DNA of 64,000 bases from Candidatus Bathyarchaeota archaeon (lineage in GTDB: Archaea > Thermoproteota > Bathyarchaeia > Bathyarchaeales > DTEX01): positions 53,324 to 117,323 of the forward strand of contig JANXEA010000010.1 of assembly GCA_025059045.1 (NCBI GenBank). Direction: 5' to 3'. Numbering within the stretch: the first letter of the stretch is position 1; the number at the start of each line of letters is the position of its first letter. This document shows, piece by piece, positions 36,773 to 45,691 of the stretch. The notes under the pieces are model-generated. The model searched no databases. It worked only from the letters and a program-made list of their open reading frames with translations, and was not told where the DNA came from. The position numbers and the translations under genes are program-made.

Positions 36773-37354
36773 TTAGTATTCAGACTGGATGAGCTCGATG
36801 CGGCATTCCTCGCAAATGAATTTTCCTTCGAACTCCCTCAAATTGTCTGACCATTCTCCACAATTGTCACAATACCCAGTTGATGAAGGGGTCTCCTCTA
36901 TTTCTTCCATGTTCTGATTTTCTATACGGGCTCTCTCCCGTATTATTTCTATAAGTTCAGGTGTCACAGCGAGAATATCCTTGCTTGATATTATTCCGGC
37001 TAATTCCCCCTTATGCATAACTGCCAGTCTTCGTATATTCTGTAGGCTCATTCTCCTAGCTGCTTCGCTTATCGTTTGATCAGCATCAATGGTGATTAGA
37101 GGAGAACTCATTATCTTCTTTGCAGAAATTTTGCTTGGCTTAAGATCATTTGCAACAACTCTCTCTGCAAGATCCCTCTCAGTAATTATGCCGATAGGCT
37201 TATTCTCCGCAGAGGTAACTATAATGCATCCAACATCATGCTTCTTCATCAACTTGGCCACTTCGGAAGATGGTGTGTCCTCTTTCACCGTTATTACTGG
37301 ACTTGTCATGACATCTTTGACCAGCATCTTTGACCTTACATCTAGAGCAGTCAT
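36773..37354 (-). CDS. CBS-pair protein with C-terminal zinc ribbon
   Basis: Two CBS repeats (VMTSPVITV..., IMSSPLITI...), followed by CDNCGEWS...CEEC. Confidence 0.85.
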   Translation of the reverse strand: MTALDVRSKMLVKDVMTSPVITVKEDTPSSEVAKLMKKHDVGCIIVTSAENKPIGIITERDLAERVVANDLKPSKISAKKIMSSPLITIDADQTISEAARRMSLQNIRRLAVMHKGELAGIISSKDILAVTPELIEIIRERARIENQNMEEIEETPSSTGYCDNCGEWSDNLREFEGKFICEECRIELIQSEY

Positions 37355-37426
37355 GCTTCATTCCCGCTTCAAGATCTGCGCCACGCTAGCATATGCTAAA
37401 CCATTATTTTAGATTTATGTTGTGAA

Positions 37427-37539
37427 GGGAAAAACGTTCATGAAAAATAATTTTACTGATCGTTATTATATAAATCGAGCATATCCTTATGGAGTGAAGG
37501 TTAAAGGGGTGCAATTAAGTTAAATTGAACGTTTTTCCC
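37427..37539. repeat. 14-bp perfect inverted repeat separated by 85 nt
   Basis: GGGAAAAACGTTCA (37427-37440) and TGAACGTTTTTCCC (37526-37539), in the intergenic region between the HD gene stop and the CBS gene start. Confidence 0.75.
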
Positions 37540-37544
37540 CCATG

Positions 37545-38111
37545 TTAGGAAGATGACTGGTTATGCGACAAGGAAGTACCAGTTCCCTCGCAGAGGGCAA
37601 GTATTTCTTCATGAAGATTAACGATCCTTCTGATTGCCGGATGATTTGAACCAAGCTCTCCCTCTAACTTCTTCAGTGTCACCTCGATTGGAACAACTTT
37701 TGCATCCTCTATAAGCTTGTCTGCGTATGCGACGATCTTCTCCTCAATCGTCCTGGGAATATAATCCTTTTTTGGCCAACCCAACTCAGACGCTTCGCTT
37801 TCACTTATACCGCCCCCAACATGCCTTTCTATTATGGAGACGATAGACTGCGGCAGATTGAGAGACCGTGCGATATCCGCTCCGACTACGGCATGGTGCA
37901 CAGTATGAGTTCTTGATCGACCGATGTCATGTAAAAGTGCTCCTATGCGCACCAATTCAACATTAACTTTTACTCCGTTTTTTGCACATTTTTCTGCGAT
38001 TTTCAGTGCTAGCTCCGCGACCGCTTTACAATGATCTACCACAGGCAGAGAGCAACCATTTTCTATAAGAATCTTGATGGCTTCTTCAGGAGGAGGCAGC
38101 CTCTCACTCAC
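37545..38111 (-). CDS. HD-domain phosphohydrolase (archaeal TIGR00295-like)
   Basis: ALLHDIGR HD motif and later ERHVGGG. 188 aa. Confidence 0.8.
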   Translation of the reverse strand: MSERLPPPEEAIKILIENGCSLPVVDHCKAVAELALKIAEKCAKNGVKVNVELVRIGALLHDIGRSRTHTVHHAVVGADIARSLNLPQSIVSIIERHVGGGISESEASELGWPKKDYIPRTIEEKIVAYADKLIEDAKVVPIEVTLKKLEGELGSNHPAIRRIVNLHEEILALCEGTGTSLSHNQSSS

Positions 38112-38622
38112 TTATCTCACTTCTCAGCTGATTGATCTTTTTTGAGAGAAACTCGACAATTCTATTATTGTCAAAGTGTGAAAGGGGCTTATTACACTTT
38201 GGACATCTGAAGATAGATTCAGCCGCCTCCTCAAACGTTAGACGTTTGCATCCAGGCGTATTGCAGTAGTAGAACTCATGGCTCCTCTCGTATTCCAACC
38301 TCTTTTCAAGTTTTGTCAGAACATGCCTCTTCTGATTTGTCAGAAATCCTTCAACCTGGTCAGGTTGAAGTCTCCAATGAAAAATAAACCATCCTGTATC
38401 CTTGTCCCGCGTCCTTCTAAGCCCGACTATTGAGTGATCATAAAGCCTATACAATATCTTTCTGACATTGTTGAGTTTTATATCAGTCTTGCTAACTATT
38501 TCCTCGTCTGTGATCTCGTCAACCTTGCTGAGTAACTCAACTATCTTTACCGCCTCTTCGCCGCCGAGAACATGCGCCACCTTCAGAAGCGTCTCATAGC
38601 TAACAAGAGACATTAAGCCCAC
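38104..38622 (-). CDS. tfe: transcription factor E (TFIIE-alpha homologue)
   Basis: N-terminal winged helix, WRLQPDQV linker and zinc ribbon YYCNTPGC...CPKCN. Confidence 0.8.
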   Translation of the reverse strand: MGLMSLVSYETLLKVAHVLGGEEAVKIVELLSKVDEITDEEIVSKTDIKLNNVRKILYRLYDHSIVGLRRTRDKDTGWFIFHWRLQPDQVEGFLTNQKRHVLTKLEKRLEYERSHEFYYCNTPGCKRLTFEEAAESIFRCPKCNKPLSHFDNNRIVEFLSKKINQLRSEISE

Positions 38623-38715
38623 CGGTATATTGGATATCGATTTTCACAGTCTCCTCATAATCATTTATTCACGATCAACCTATATCCAGTAAATATATTT
38701 TTTACGTTGAAGAAC

Positions 38716-39285
38716 TTAAATCAATCGATCATCCTGCCCACTTATCTTCTCCATTTTGGCAATCTTTTTTCCTCTTATTTGTGGAATAATCCGTACTTTA
38801 GCATTCTCGAATTCCATTTGGAGCTCCTTTCCTTCTAGGAGCTCATGTAGGAAGATGCTTAGTGCGCTTATCTCAGAGTGTGGCTGAGACGTTACTGATA
38901 TGTTCCAGTCAGCAATCTTAAAGACTTCTGAGGGAACCTTCGGTCCGCCTACAATGATAAGCTTGTCTCTGGAAGAGGCTCTTATCTCGCCTATTTTCTC
39001 TTGAAGTGGGATCCCGTACATGGTGAGATGTATGCTTTCACCCTCAGCGTCCTTCCAAAGCTTGAGGACTCGCTTCCAGTCTCTTACATATTCAACTCGA
39101 AAGGAGCCCCCCCATACCTCATTAACCCTGCTAATACTCTTCTCAATCATTTCATCTCGGTCGCCAGTATAATAGGCTCCATCCGCTCCAAGCGCCCTCG
39201 CTGCGAGGAATAAATGTGTCGTCGCTCTTTTGTCGCGTCTTATTCTATGACCTAATCTAAGCACGTAGATTCGCCAATTCTTCAA
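38716..39285 (-). CDS. trm56: tRNA (cytidine56-2'-O)-methyltransferase (aTrm56, SPOUT)
   Basis: VLRLGHRIRRDKRATTHLFLAARALGADG N-terminal signature. 189 aa. Confidence 0.8.
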   Translation of the reverse strand: MKNWRIYVLRLGHRIRRDKRATTHLFLAARALGADGAYYTGDRDEMIEKSISRVNEVWGGSFRVEYVRDWKRVLKLWKDAEGESIHLTMYGIPLQEKIGEIRASSRDKLIIVGGPKVPSEVFKIADWNISVTSQPHSEISALSIFLHELLEGKELQMEFENAKVRIIPQIRGKKIAKMEKISGQDDRLI

Positions 39286-40520
39286 CCCTGAAAAGCCCCT
39301 CCAACCTTCTCTACCTTCTCTCGAATTATATCCACGGAACTCAGGGGAGAAAAAGAAGAGACTATGATGCTATCCTCTTTATAGTCGACGCATTGAACAT
39401 GCGAATTCTTGTATATCCATGAAAGGAGAGATAGTGCTTCTTCGCTCTTCGGCAATGTGAAGTGTAAATTGGTTCTTCCAAGCCTCTTAATTATTTCATC
39501 CTTTAAAAGATCTATATTTACTCGATGAAGCGCCGATATGGGGACAAATTCGGATAATTTTCCATCTAGAACCCTAACTTTCTCATTTAGCTGATCAGAA
39601 GATAAGAGATCAATCTTGTTGAGGACTAATAGGACGGGAACTCCTGTTGCACCTATATCTTGAAGAGTATTAAGGCAGCATGAAAGTTTCCTCTCAATCT
39701 CTGAAATCTCTTCGCTGAAATCGAGAACCAGCAATATTAAATCAGAGTAGATGGTTTCCTCTAATGTTGAATGAAAAGCCTCAATTAACGTGAGCGGCAA
39801 CCCGTCAATGAATCCAACAGTGTCGGTCAACAAGATTCTCTCACCGGAGAGATTCAGGATTCTAGTTGTTGTCGAGAGAGTTGTAAACAGCCTAGGGTCA
39901 GCTGGGACATTTTCTTCTGTCAACGCATTAAATAGAGTGCTCTTGCCAGAGTTTGTGTAACCAGCTAATGATACAAGCGAGAAGCCAAGCTTCCGCCTAC
40001 GTCTTCTATGGATCTCCCTTGTCTTCCTTATGTTTCTAATCTTAGCCTGCAATCTCTGCGCTTCTCTTCTGACAGTCTCATAATATATGTCGGCATCATA
40101 TTTCCCTAGACCGTGGAAGCCCGGTTGCTCACCAGCCTTCGCCAGTCTAACCTTCTCCTTCGCATGAGCCAGCTCGTACTGAAGCCTAGCCAATTCTATC
40201 TGAAGCTTAGCCTCTTTAGTTGACGCTCTCCTCGAGAAGATCTCTAGAATAAGCTGGAAACGGTCGATAACTTCAACTCTGGTAAGTTTCGCCAAGTTAT
40301 AAATCTGAACGATCTTCAGTTCGTTCCCAAATATTACCTTTTGAACATTCAAACGAGAAACGATGTCCGCTAGCTCCCTAGCTTTCCCCGCGCCTATGTT
40401 ATACGTGGGATCCTGAGGACGGACTTGCTCGATTACATCAACAATTTCGTATCCCGCAGCTTCAGCAAGACTCTTCAACTCTTCGATATTCGACTTTTCA
40501 TTATGATCTCTACGAATCAC
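39282..40520 (-). CDS. hflX: GTPase HflX
   Basis: HflX N-domain, G1 GYTNSGKSTLFNALT, G3 DTVGF, G4 NKID. 4-nt overlap with trm56. Confidence 0.9.
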   Translation of the reverse strand: MIRRDHNEKSNIEELKSLAEAAGYEIVDVIEQVRPQDPTYNIGAGKARELADIVSRLNVQKVIFGNELKIVQIYNLAKLTRVEVIDRFQLILEIFSRRASTKEAKLQIELARLQYELAHAKEKVRLAKAGEQPGFHGLGKYDADIYYETVRREAQRLQAKIRNIRKTREIHRRRRRKLGFSLVSLAGYTNSGKSTLFNALTEENVPADPRLFTTLSTTTRILNLSGERILLTDTVGFIDGLPLTLIEAFHSTLEETIYSDLILLVLDFSEEISEIERKLSCCLNTLQDIGATGVPVLLVLNKIDLLSSDQLNEKVRVLDGKLSEFVPISALHRVNIDLLKDEIIKRLGRTNLHFTLPKSEEALSLLSWIYKNSHVQCVDYKEDSIIVSSFSPLSSVDIIREKVEKVGGAFQG

Positions 40521-41079
40521 CAGAACCGCTCTCGTCTTTCAAGAAACCCTCCTTATTTGTTTTGAAAACAGCAATCTCACCCAAAGTAATGGCTTCAGAT
40601 GCAGGTTGAGAGGTTGAGACAGCTTTTTCTTCGACTGAAGTGTGCAACTCTATTTTAAGCACATGCTCGAGCTTAAGGGTTAAATGCTCGTCAGGCATCA
40701 TCTTTCCGGCTTCTATCCTTCTAATAACTGAGGCCTTTTCTCCAACTTTCCTGCCCAAATCATCATGGCTTAGACCCATTCTTTCACGCGCATTTTTTAT
40801 TAGCGACCCGAACCCCTCAACAATGTCTTCTCCAAATTCTTGGTCCAGCTTCTCTTTCGGCCTACGCGAAACGATCCTAACCGAGACTTTTCTCTTACCT
40901 GACCCAGATCCATCTTCTTTTGATCTCGGAAGCCAGGTATCTGATCCTAGTTTGGCACATTTTTCGCACGTTACCATTTTTGCTCCTTCAATAATAACCC
41001 TTCGAGGTTCTCCTTCAATTTGTCGGCCGCAAACCTCACAATGCAAACGGGGACACCAAACATACATATGTGATGACAA
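40510..41079 (-). CDS. mbf1: archaeal multiprotein-bridging factor 1 (zinc ribbon plus XRE-type HTH)
   Basis: CEVCGRQI...CEKC ribbon, then the HTH ARERMGLSHDDLGRKVGEKASVIRRIEAG. Confidence 0.8.
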   Translation of the reverse strand: MSSHMYVWCPRLHCEVCGRQIEGEPRRVIIEGAKMVTCEKCAKLGSDTWLPRSKEDGSGSGKRKVSVRIVSRRPKEKLDQEFGEDIVEGFGSLIKNARERMGLSHDDLGRKVGEKASVIRRIEAGKMMPDEHLTLKLEHVLKIELHTSVEEKAVSTSQPASEAITLGEIAVFKTNKEGFLKDESGSGDS

Positions 41080-41145
41080 ACTTAAAGGTGACGCAAGACC
41101 TTTCTATCAATCCAAAACAAACAAGAATAAGCATATAGCAAAATT

Positions 41146-41658
41146 ATGATATTCTTGAGGCCGGAAGATATGTATAGCCTACAAGATGATTTCTTGAGAA
41201 AGATAAGATGCATTGCGGATTACCAGTTCGGCTTAGGCGCAGGGAACATCATATTCCCGGATAACGTAGAAATAATCCGTTCTAAAAGGACGGGTAAGAT
41301 TAGGCACGTGTATCATGAAGGGAGGCTTCTTGCAACCCTAAGACCGAGTGACGGGCTCTTCTCCCTAAGCATTGAAGGGGCAAAGAGGCTGTTTGAAGGA
41401 ATGAATCCTAAAAGGCTCTGGGTAAAAATCAGCAGCGAAGCTTCCATTTTTGTTGGAAAAGGGAGCGACGTTTTTGCTAAACATGTACTCGATGCAGATG
41501 AAGAGATAAGGCCGGGAGAAGAGGTTATAATTTTGGATAACGAGAATAAAGTGATCGCTGTTGGCAGGTCTGTTCTTACTGGCGATGAGATGAAAAAGTT
41601 CAATAGAGGTGTTGCCGTAAAAATCAGAAAAAGTAAAAGCCCTAAAAAAGAAAAATAG
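41146..41658 (+). CDS. PUA-domain RNA-binding protein (COG1370-like)
   Basis: C-terminal PUA pattern IRPGEEVIILDNENKVIAVGRSVLTGDEM...GVAVKIRK. Confidence 0.7.
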   Translation: MIFLRPEDMYSLQDDFLRKIRCIADYQFGLGAGNIIFPDNVEIIRSKRTGKIRHVYHEGRLLATLRPSDGLFSLSIEGAKRLFEGMNPKRLWVKISSEASIFVGKGSDVFAKHVLDADEEIRPGEEVIILDNENKVIAVGRSVLTGDEMKKFNRGVAVKIRKSKSPKKEK

Positions 41659-41693
41659 GAATGAAAGAGTGAATGTTTGAGGGATGATAGGAT

Positions 41694-42035
41694 TTGCGCA
41701 GGATAAGTCCAAGAGAAGCTAAGAGAATTATGCAACGCATGGGACTCTCAATGAACCAGATCGACGTAGAAGAAGTAATTCTCAAAACCAGAGACAAAGA
41801 AATAATGATAAAGAATCCTGAAGTTGCAATCTTAGATGTGCAGGGGCAAAAAATATTCCAGATAATGGGCGGCGAGTTGACGGAAAAAATGATAGCGAGA
41901 AAGATTACAATCCCGGAGGAAGACGTCCAGCTCGTTGCGCAGCAGGCGCATGTTAGCTTGGAGCAGGCAAGAGCTGCTTTGGAAGAGACGAATGGCGACT
42001 TGGCGCAGGCAATTCTTCTTCTCAGCCAAAGGTGA
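41694..42035 (+). CDS. nac: nascent polypeptide-associated complex protein (NAC plus UBA)
   Basis: MQRMGLSMNQIDVEEVILKT NAC core and C-terminal UBA EEDVQLVAQQAHVSLEQARAALEETNGDLAQAILLL. Confidence 0.85.
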   Translation: MRRISPREAKRIMQRMGLSMNQIDVEEVILKTRDKEIMIKNPEVAILDVQGQKIFQIMGGELTEKMIARKITIPEEDVQLVAQQAHVSLEQARAALEETNGDLAQAILLLSQR

Positions 42036-42158
42036 TGGAGAAGAATTTTCATAACTATTCAGGAATAAAGTAATCGAAGGATCATCTCGGACTCAAAAAC
42101 ATTTATATCTCCCAATTAGCCTTCTCTCATTTCACGATTTTGGGAGGACTAGCATAAT

Positions 42159-42398
42159 TTGGCATATTTAACAATGCTAAGAGGTCAGTCATTATTAGTT
42201 TTCAGGGAAAGGCCTTACAGAACTAAGGGGGGTGATGCGCGGAAAAATAATATAGCTGCCGCTAGAATCGTAGCGGAAACTCTTAAGGCTGATATGGATA
42301 GGATGCTCTTCATGTGGGGATGTAAAAAACCTCAATCCGCCTCAATCTTGTTTAGAGATGGACTAAAAGAAAGTTTGATGGGGCTGGGAGAGCAATGA
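42159..42398 (+). pseudogene. relic of a thermosome (group II chaperonin) N-terminus
   Basis: SLLVFRERPYRTKGGDARKNNIAAARIVAETLKADMDRML parallels thermosome P.LVLKEG..RT.GRDA.R.NI.AA..IAE.VRTTLGPKGMDKML. The LGPKG stretch is deleted, and unrelated sequence follows. Confidence 0.5.
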
Positions 42399-42485
42399 GA
42401 GACACGCTTTCTTTTGCCTGCGCTATTGAAAAGAATAGTCTCACCCCTTCTTTTACGCTTATAAAAAAGAGGAGGTGAAGGCTGA

Positions 42486-43862
42486 ATGGCTGAAATTAGG
42501 GAAATTCCGGCAAGAGCAAGCCGCTTCGAAAGGATAGGCGCACATACACACATAAAAGGGTTAGGGCTGGACGAAAACTTCAGAGCAGTCAAAGTCAAGG
42601 ATGGCATGGTGGGACAGGAGAAGGCACGAGAAGCCGCGGGACTAGTTGTTCAAATGATTAAGGAGGGTAAGATGAGCGGGAAAACCGTAATACTCGCAGG
42701 CCCGCCAGGAACTGGTAAGACAGCGATCGCTGTTGCCATATCCCGTGAATTGGGGCCTAATGTGCCTTTTATTCAGATGAGCGGCAGCGAGATCTATAGC
42801 AGCGAGAGAAAGAAAACAGAGGTGCTTATCGAGGCGATGAGAAAGTGCATAGGCGTCGAGATACATGAGATGCGTAAGGTTTACGAGGGCGAAGTGACAG
42901 CGATCGACATTAGGACAGCTCCGCATCCCTATAACCCCTATCAAAAGGTTCCTGAAAGCGTGAGAATAACCTTAAAGACGACTAAGCAGGAGAAAACCAT
43001 TGAGGCAGGAGCCTCAATTGCGCAGCAGATTATTCAGCAGGGAATAACAGAAGGCAATGTCATACAGATTGATGCTGAGACTGGCAGGGTTGCGAATCTT
43101 GGGCTGAGCATAGAGAGCACCAAGGGAAAGACGTACGATGTTGATACGAGCGAGAAGGTGCCTAGACCATCAGGAGACGTTCTCAAAGAGAAGGAGTTTG
43201 TTTATACGCTAACATTAGCGGATATGGATGAGATCAACGCTAGGCACAGGCTGGGAGGCGGCTTATTCTCACTATTCCTAGGTGGAGCGGAGACGAAAGA
43301 GATTGACACCGATATCAGGGCTGCCGTTGACGAATCTGTAAAGAAGATGGTCGACGAGGGCAAAGCCTTCATTCATCCCGGCGTCCTCTTTATAGACGAC
43401 AGCCACCTCCTTGACCTAGAAGCATTTAGCTTCCTTGGCAGAGCCCTTGAAAGCGAACTTGTCCCAATAATAATCTTAGCAACCAATAGGGGGGTAACGA
43501 CGATTCGGGGTACAGACGTTAAAAGTCCTCTTGGATTCCCCCTAGACTTGATTGACAGGTCTGTGATCATAGCCACTGAGGACTACGACGCTGATAGTAT
43601 AAGAGAGATACTGAGGATAAGGGCAAGAGAGGAGAAGGTGACCATCGAAAATGATGCTCTAGAAAGGCTCACACAAATCGGGGCAAAGTCATCACTGAGA
43701 TATGCGGTTCAACTTCTAAGCCTAGCCGCCCAAAACGCCAAGGTCATGAAGCATGAAACAGTGAAACTTGAGGATGTCGAGAGGGTTGACTCCCTCTTTA
43801 TGGATACCTACAAAGCGTCTGAGCATCTGAGAAAATACGAGGATAGGCTACTATACCACTGA
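42486..43862 (+). CDS. TIP49 / RuvB-like AAA+ ATPase
   Basis: IGAHTHIKGLGL N-terminus, Walker A LAGPPGTGKTAIA, inserted OB-like domain, Walker B VLFIDDSH. Confidence 0.9.
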   Translation: MAEIREIPARASRFERIGAHTHIKGLGLDENFRAVKVKDGMVGQEKAREAAGLVVQMIKEGKMSGKTVILAGPPGTGKTAIAVAISRELGPNVPFIQMSGSEIYSSERKKTEVLIEAMRKCIGVEIHEMRKVYEGEVTAIDIRTAPHPYNPYQKVPESVRITLKTTKQEKTIEAGASIAQQIIQQGITEGNVIQIDAETGRVANLGLSIESTKGKTYDVDTSEKVPRPSGDVLKEKEFVYTLTLADMDEINARHRLGGGLFSLFLGGAETKEIDTDIRAAVDESVKKMVDEGKAFIHPGVLFIDDSHLLDLEAFSFLGRALESELVPIIILATNRGVTTIRGTDVKSPLGFPLDLIDRSVIIATEDYDADSIREILRIRAREEKVTIENDALERLTQIGAKSSLRYAVQLLSLAAQNAKVMKHETVKLEDVERVDSLFMDTYKASEHLRKYEDRLLYH

Positions 43863-43926
43863 AAGCATTAAATAGCACATTCCCTCACTCTTTTAAAAGA
43901 GTGACACAAAGGGTGTCAATCCCGGC

Positions 43927-44997
43927 TTGTCAGTCTGCATAACATACCATGAAAAGTTTCGCCAATATGACCTAGGTGCGAATCATCCATTCAAAGGCGA
44001 CCGGTTCCCCAAAGCAAAGGCCTTTTTTGATAAGAAGAACCTTTCCAAATCCCAGAATGTATGTTATATAGAACCCCGACCCGCAAAAGAGAGCAATCTG
44101 ATCAAAGTTCACACACGAGAGTTTGTTGATTTAATCAAGAGGCTCGCTGAAGCTGGAAGACCATATGATCTTGATACACCTGTTTCCATGCCTATTCTTG
44201 AGGCTCTAATGTTTATGATTGGCGGCGTTATAGAGGCGGGAGACGCGATATTCTCTGGAAGATTCGGGCGGGCGGTCGCGTTAGGAGGCGGCTTCCATCA
44301 TGCAGGTAGAGATTATGCAGGCGGCTTCTGCATCTTCAACGATATAGCCATACTTGTAGAGCATCTTCGCGAAAAGTTTGGTGTGAAGAGGTTTCTGATA
44401 CTAGACTATGATGTCCACTTCGGCAATGGGACGAGCGACATATATTACTCTGATCCCAACGTGCTCTTCATCTCTCTTCATCAGGACCCGCTAACAATAT
44501 ATCCTGGAAGAGGCTTTATAGATGAGATCGGAGAGGGGGAAGGGGAAGGTTATAACGTAAATGTTCCGCTTCCGGTCAGAACTGGCGAAGAATCATATCT
44601 ACTTGCTTTGAATGAGATATTCCCTCCACTTGCGGAGGAGTTCAAACCTGAAATAATAATTGCTAACGGCGGAAGCGATGCGCACTTTGCAGATCATCTG
44701 GGAAGTATGGGATTAACGGCTAAAGGCTTCTTCAAAATATCTCGAACAATCCTTGAAACTTCTAAAAAAGTATGTAATGGTCGGGCTGCGTTGCTGATCG
44801 CCAGTGGATATAATCCCTTGGTCCTTCCCTATTGTTGGTACGCTCTGGCGGCTGGTTTCATTGAACCGCAAAGGGATCCGGAAGAAATTGAGGACTATTT
44901 TCCATCGCCGAGGGATCCGTGGCAAAACAGGGTCCAGGTTGAAAGGATATTGGGGGATTTGAAGAAGATCCTGAGAAAATATTGGAAATGTTTCTGA
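43927..44997 (+). CDS. histone deacetylase-family protein (AcuC / acetylpolyamine amidohydrolase-like)
   Basis: GGGFHHA and DYDVHFGNGT zinc-site motifs. TTG start. Confidence 0.85.
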   Translation: MSVCITYHEKFRQYDLGANHPFKGDRFPKAKAFFDKKNLSKSQNVCYIEPRPAKESNLIKVHTREFVDLIKRLAEAGRPYDLDTPVSMPILEALMFMIGGVIEAGDAIFSGRFGRAVALGGGFHHAGRDYAGGFCIFNDIAILVEHLREKFGVKRFLILDYDVHFGNGTSDIYYSDPNVLFISLHQDPLTIYPGRGFIDEIGEGEGEGYNVNVPLPVRTGEESYLLALNEIFPPLAEEFKPEIIIANGGSDAHFADHLGSMGLTAKGFFKISRTILETSKKVCNGRAALLIASGYNPLVLPYCWYALAAGFIEPQRDPEEIEDYFPSPRDPWQNRVQVERILGDLKKILRKYWKCF

Positions 44998-45008
44998 TGA
45001 TCCAAAGC

Positions 45009-45569
45009 TCATTTTACAAGCTTTAATGCCTCTTTGAACTCCTGCGTTCCTGCCTTTTCAAGTATCTCATACATTAACATTTCCGTTGTAGCTATGGTCA
45101 CGCCGCACTGTCTCATCCTATTGATAGCGACCTCTTTATCTTCAAGCCTTCTGGATGAGACTGCATCGTAAACGACACATGGCCTGTAGCCTCGAATTAA
45201 GCCGTCAAGTGCCGTCTGCATCACGCAGATATGCGCCTCGATTCCACTGATGATTAGTGTCCGTGCATTAATCTCCCTTAGAGTTTCAGCAAACTTCGCG
45301 GACTTGAAGCAGCTAAACTCCACCTTCTCGATAGGCTCGACGTCCAGGAGAAGAGTCTTGATCTCCGGAATAGTTCCTCCCAGGCCCTTTGGATACTGCT
45401 CAGTCAACACGATTGGAATATTCATGATCCTTGCGAAGCTTATCAATTTTTTAACATTCTCGATTAGAAGATCCTTTTCAGCTATTTTCGCAATAAGCTT
45501 CTCCTGCATATCGATTATAACCAAGACGAGCCAATGACGTGAGATTAACTCAGAACTCAACTCTGCCAC
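45009..45569 (-). CDS. isochorismatase-family hydrolase (nicotinamidase-like)
   Basis: VIIDMQE N-terminal Asp motif and catalytic Cys context GIEAHICVMQTA. Confidence 0.8.
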   Translation of the reverse strand: MAELSSELISRHWLVLVIIDMQEKLIAKIAEKDLLIENVKKLISFARIMNIPIVLTEQYPKGLGGTIPEIKTLLLDVEPIEKVEFSCFKSAKFAETLREINARTLIISGIEAHICVMQTALDGLIRGYRPCVVYDAVSSRRLEDKEVAINRMRQCGVTIATTEMLMYEILEKAGTQEFKEALKLVK

Positions 45570-45691
45570 CTAAATAGAGGTGACCTATCAAATTTAAATT
45601 GTTAACCATTATGATAGAGATGCCTTTATATAAAGTGGACTGGAGGGGAGGATTTTCAAAAATTTGACTAGAGATCAATATAAAAAAAAGG

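Noticed and set aside
37420-37548. Reading the inverted repeat plus the downstream ACA as an H/ACA guide RNA.
   Set aside because: I could not find a pseudouridylation pocket, an upper stem or a K-turn in the 85-nt spacer. The lower stem is longer than usual.
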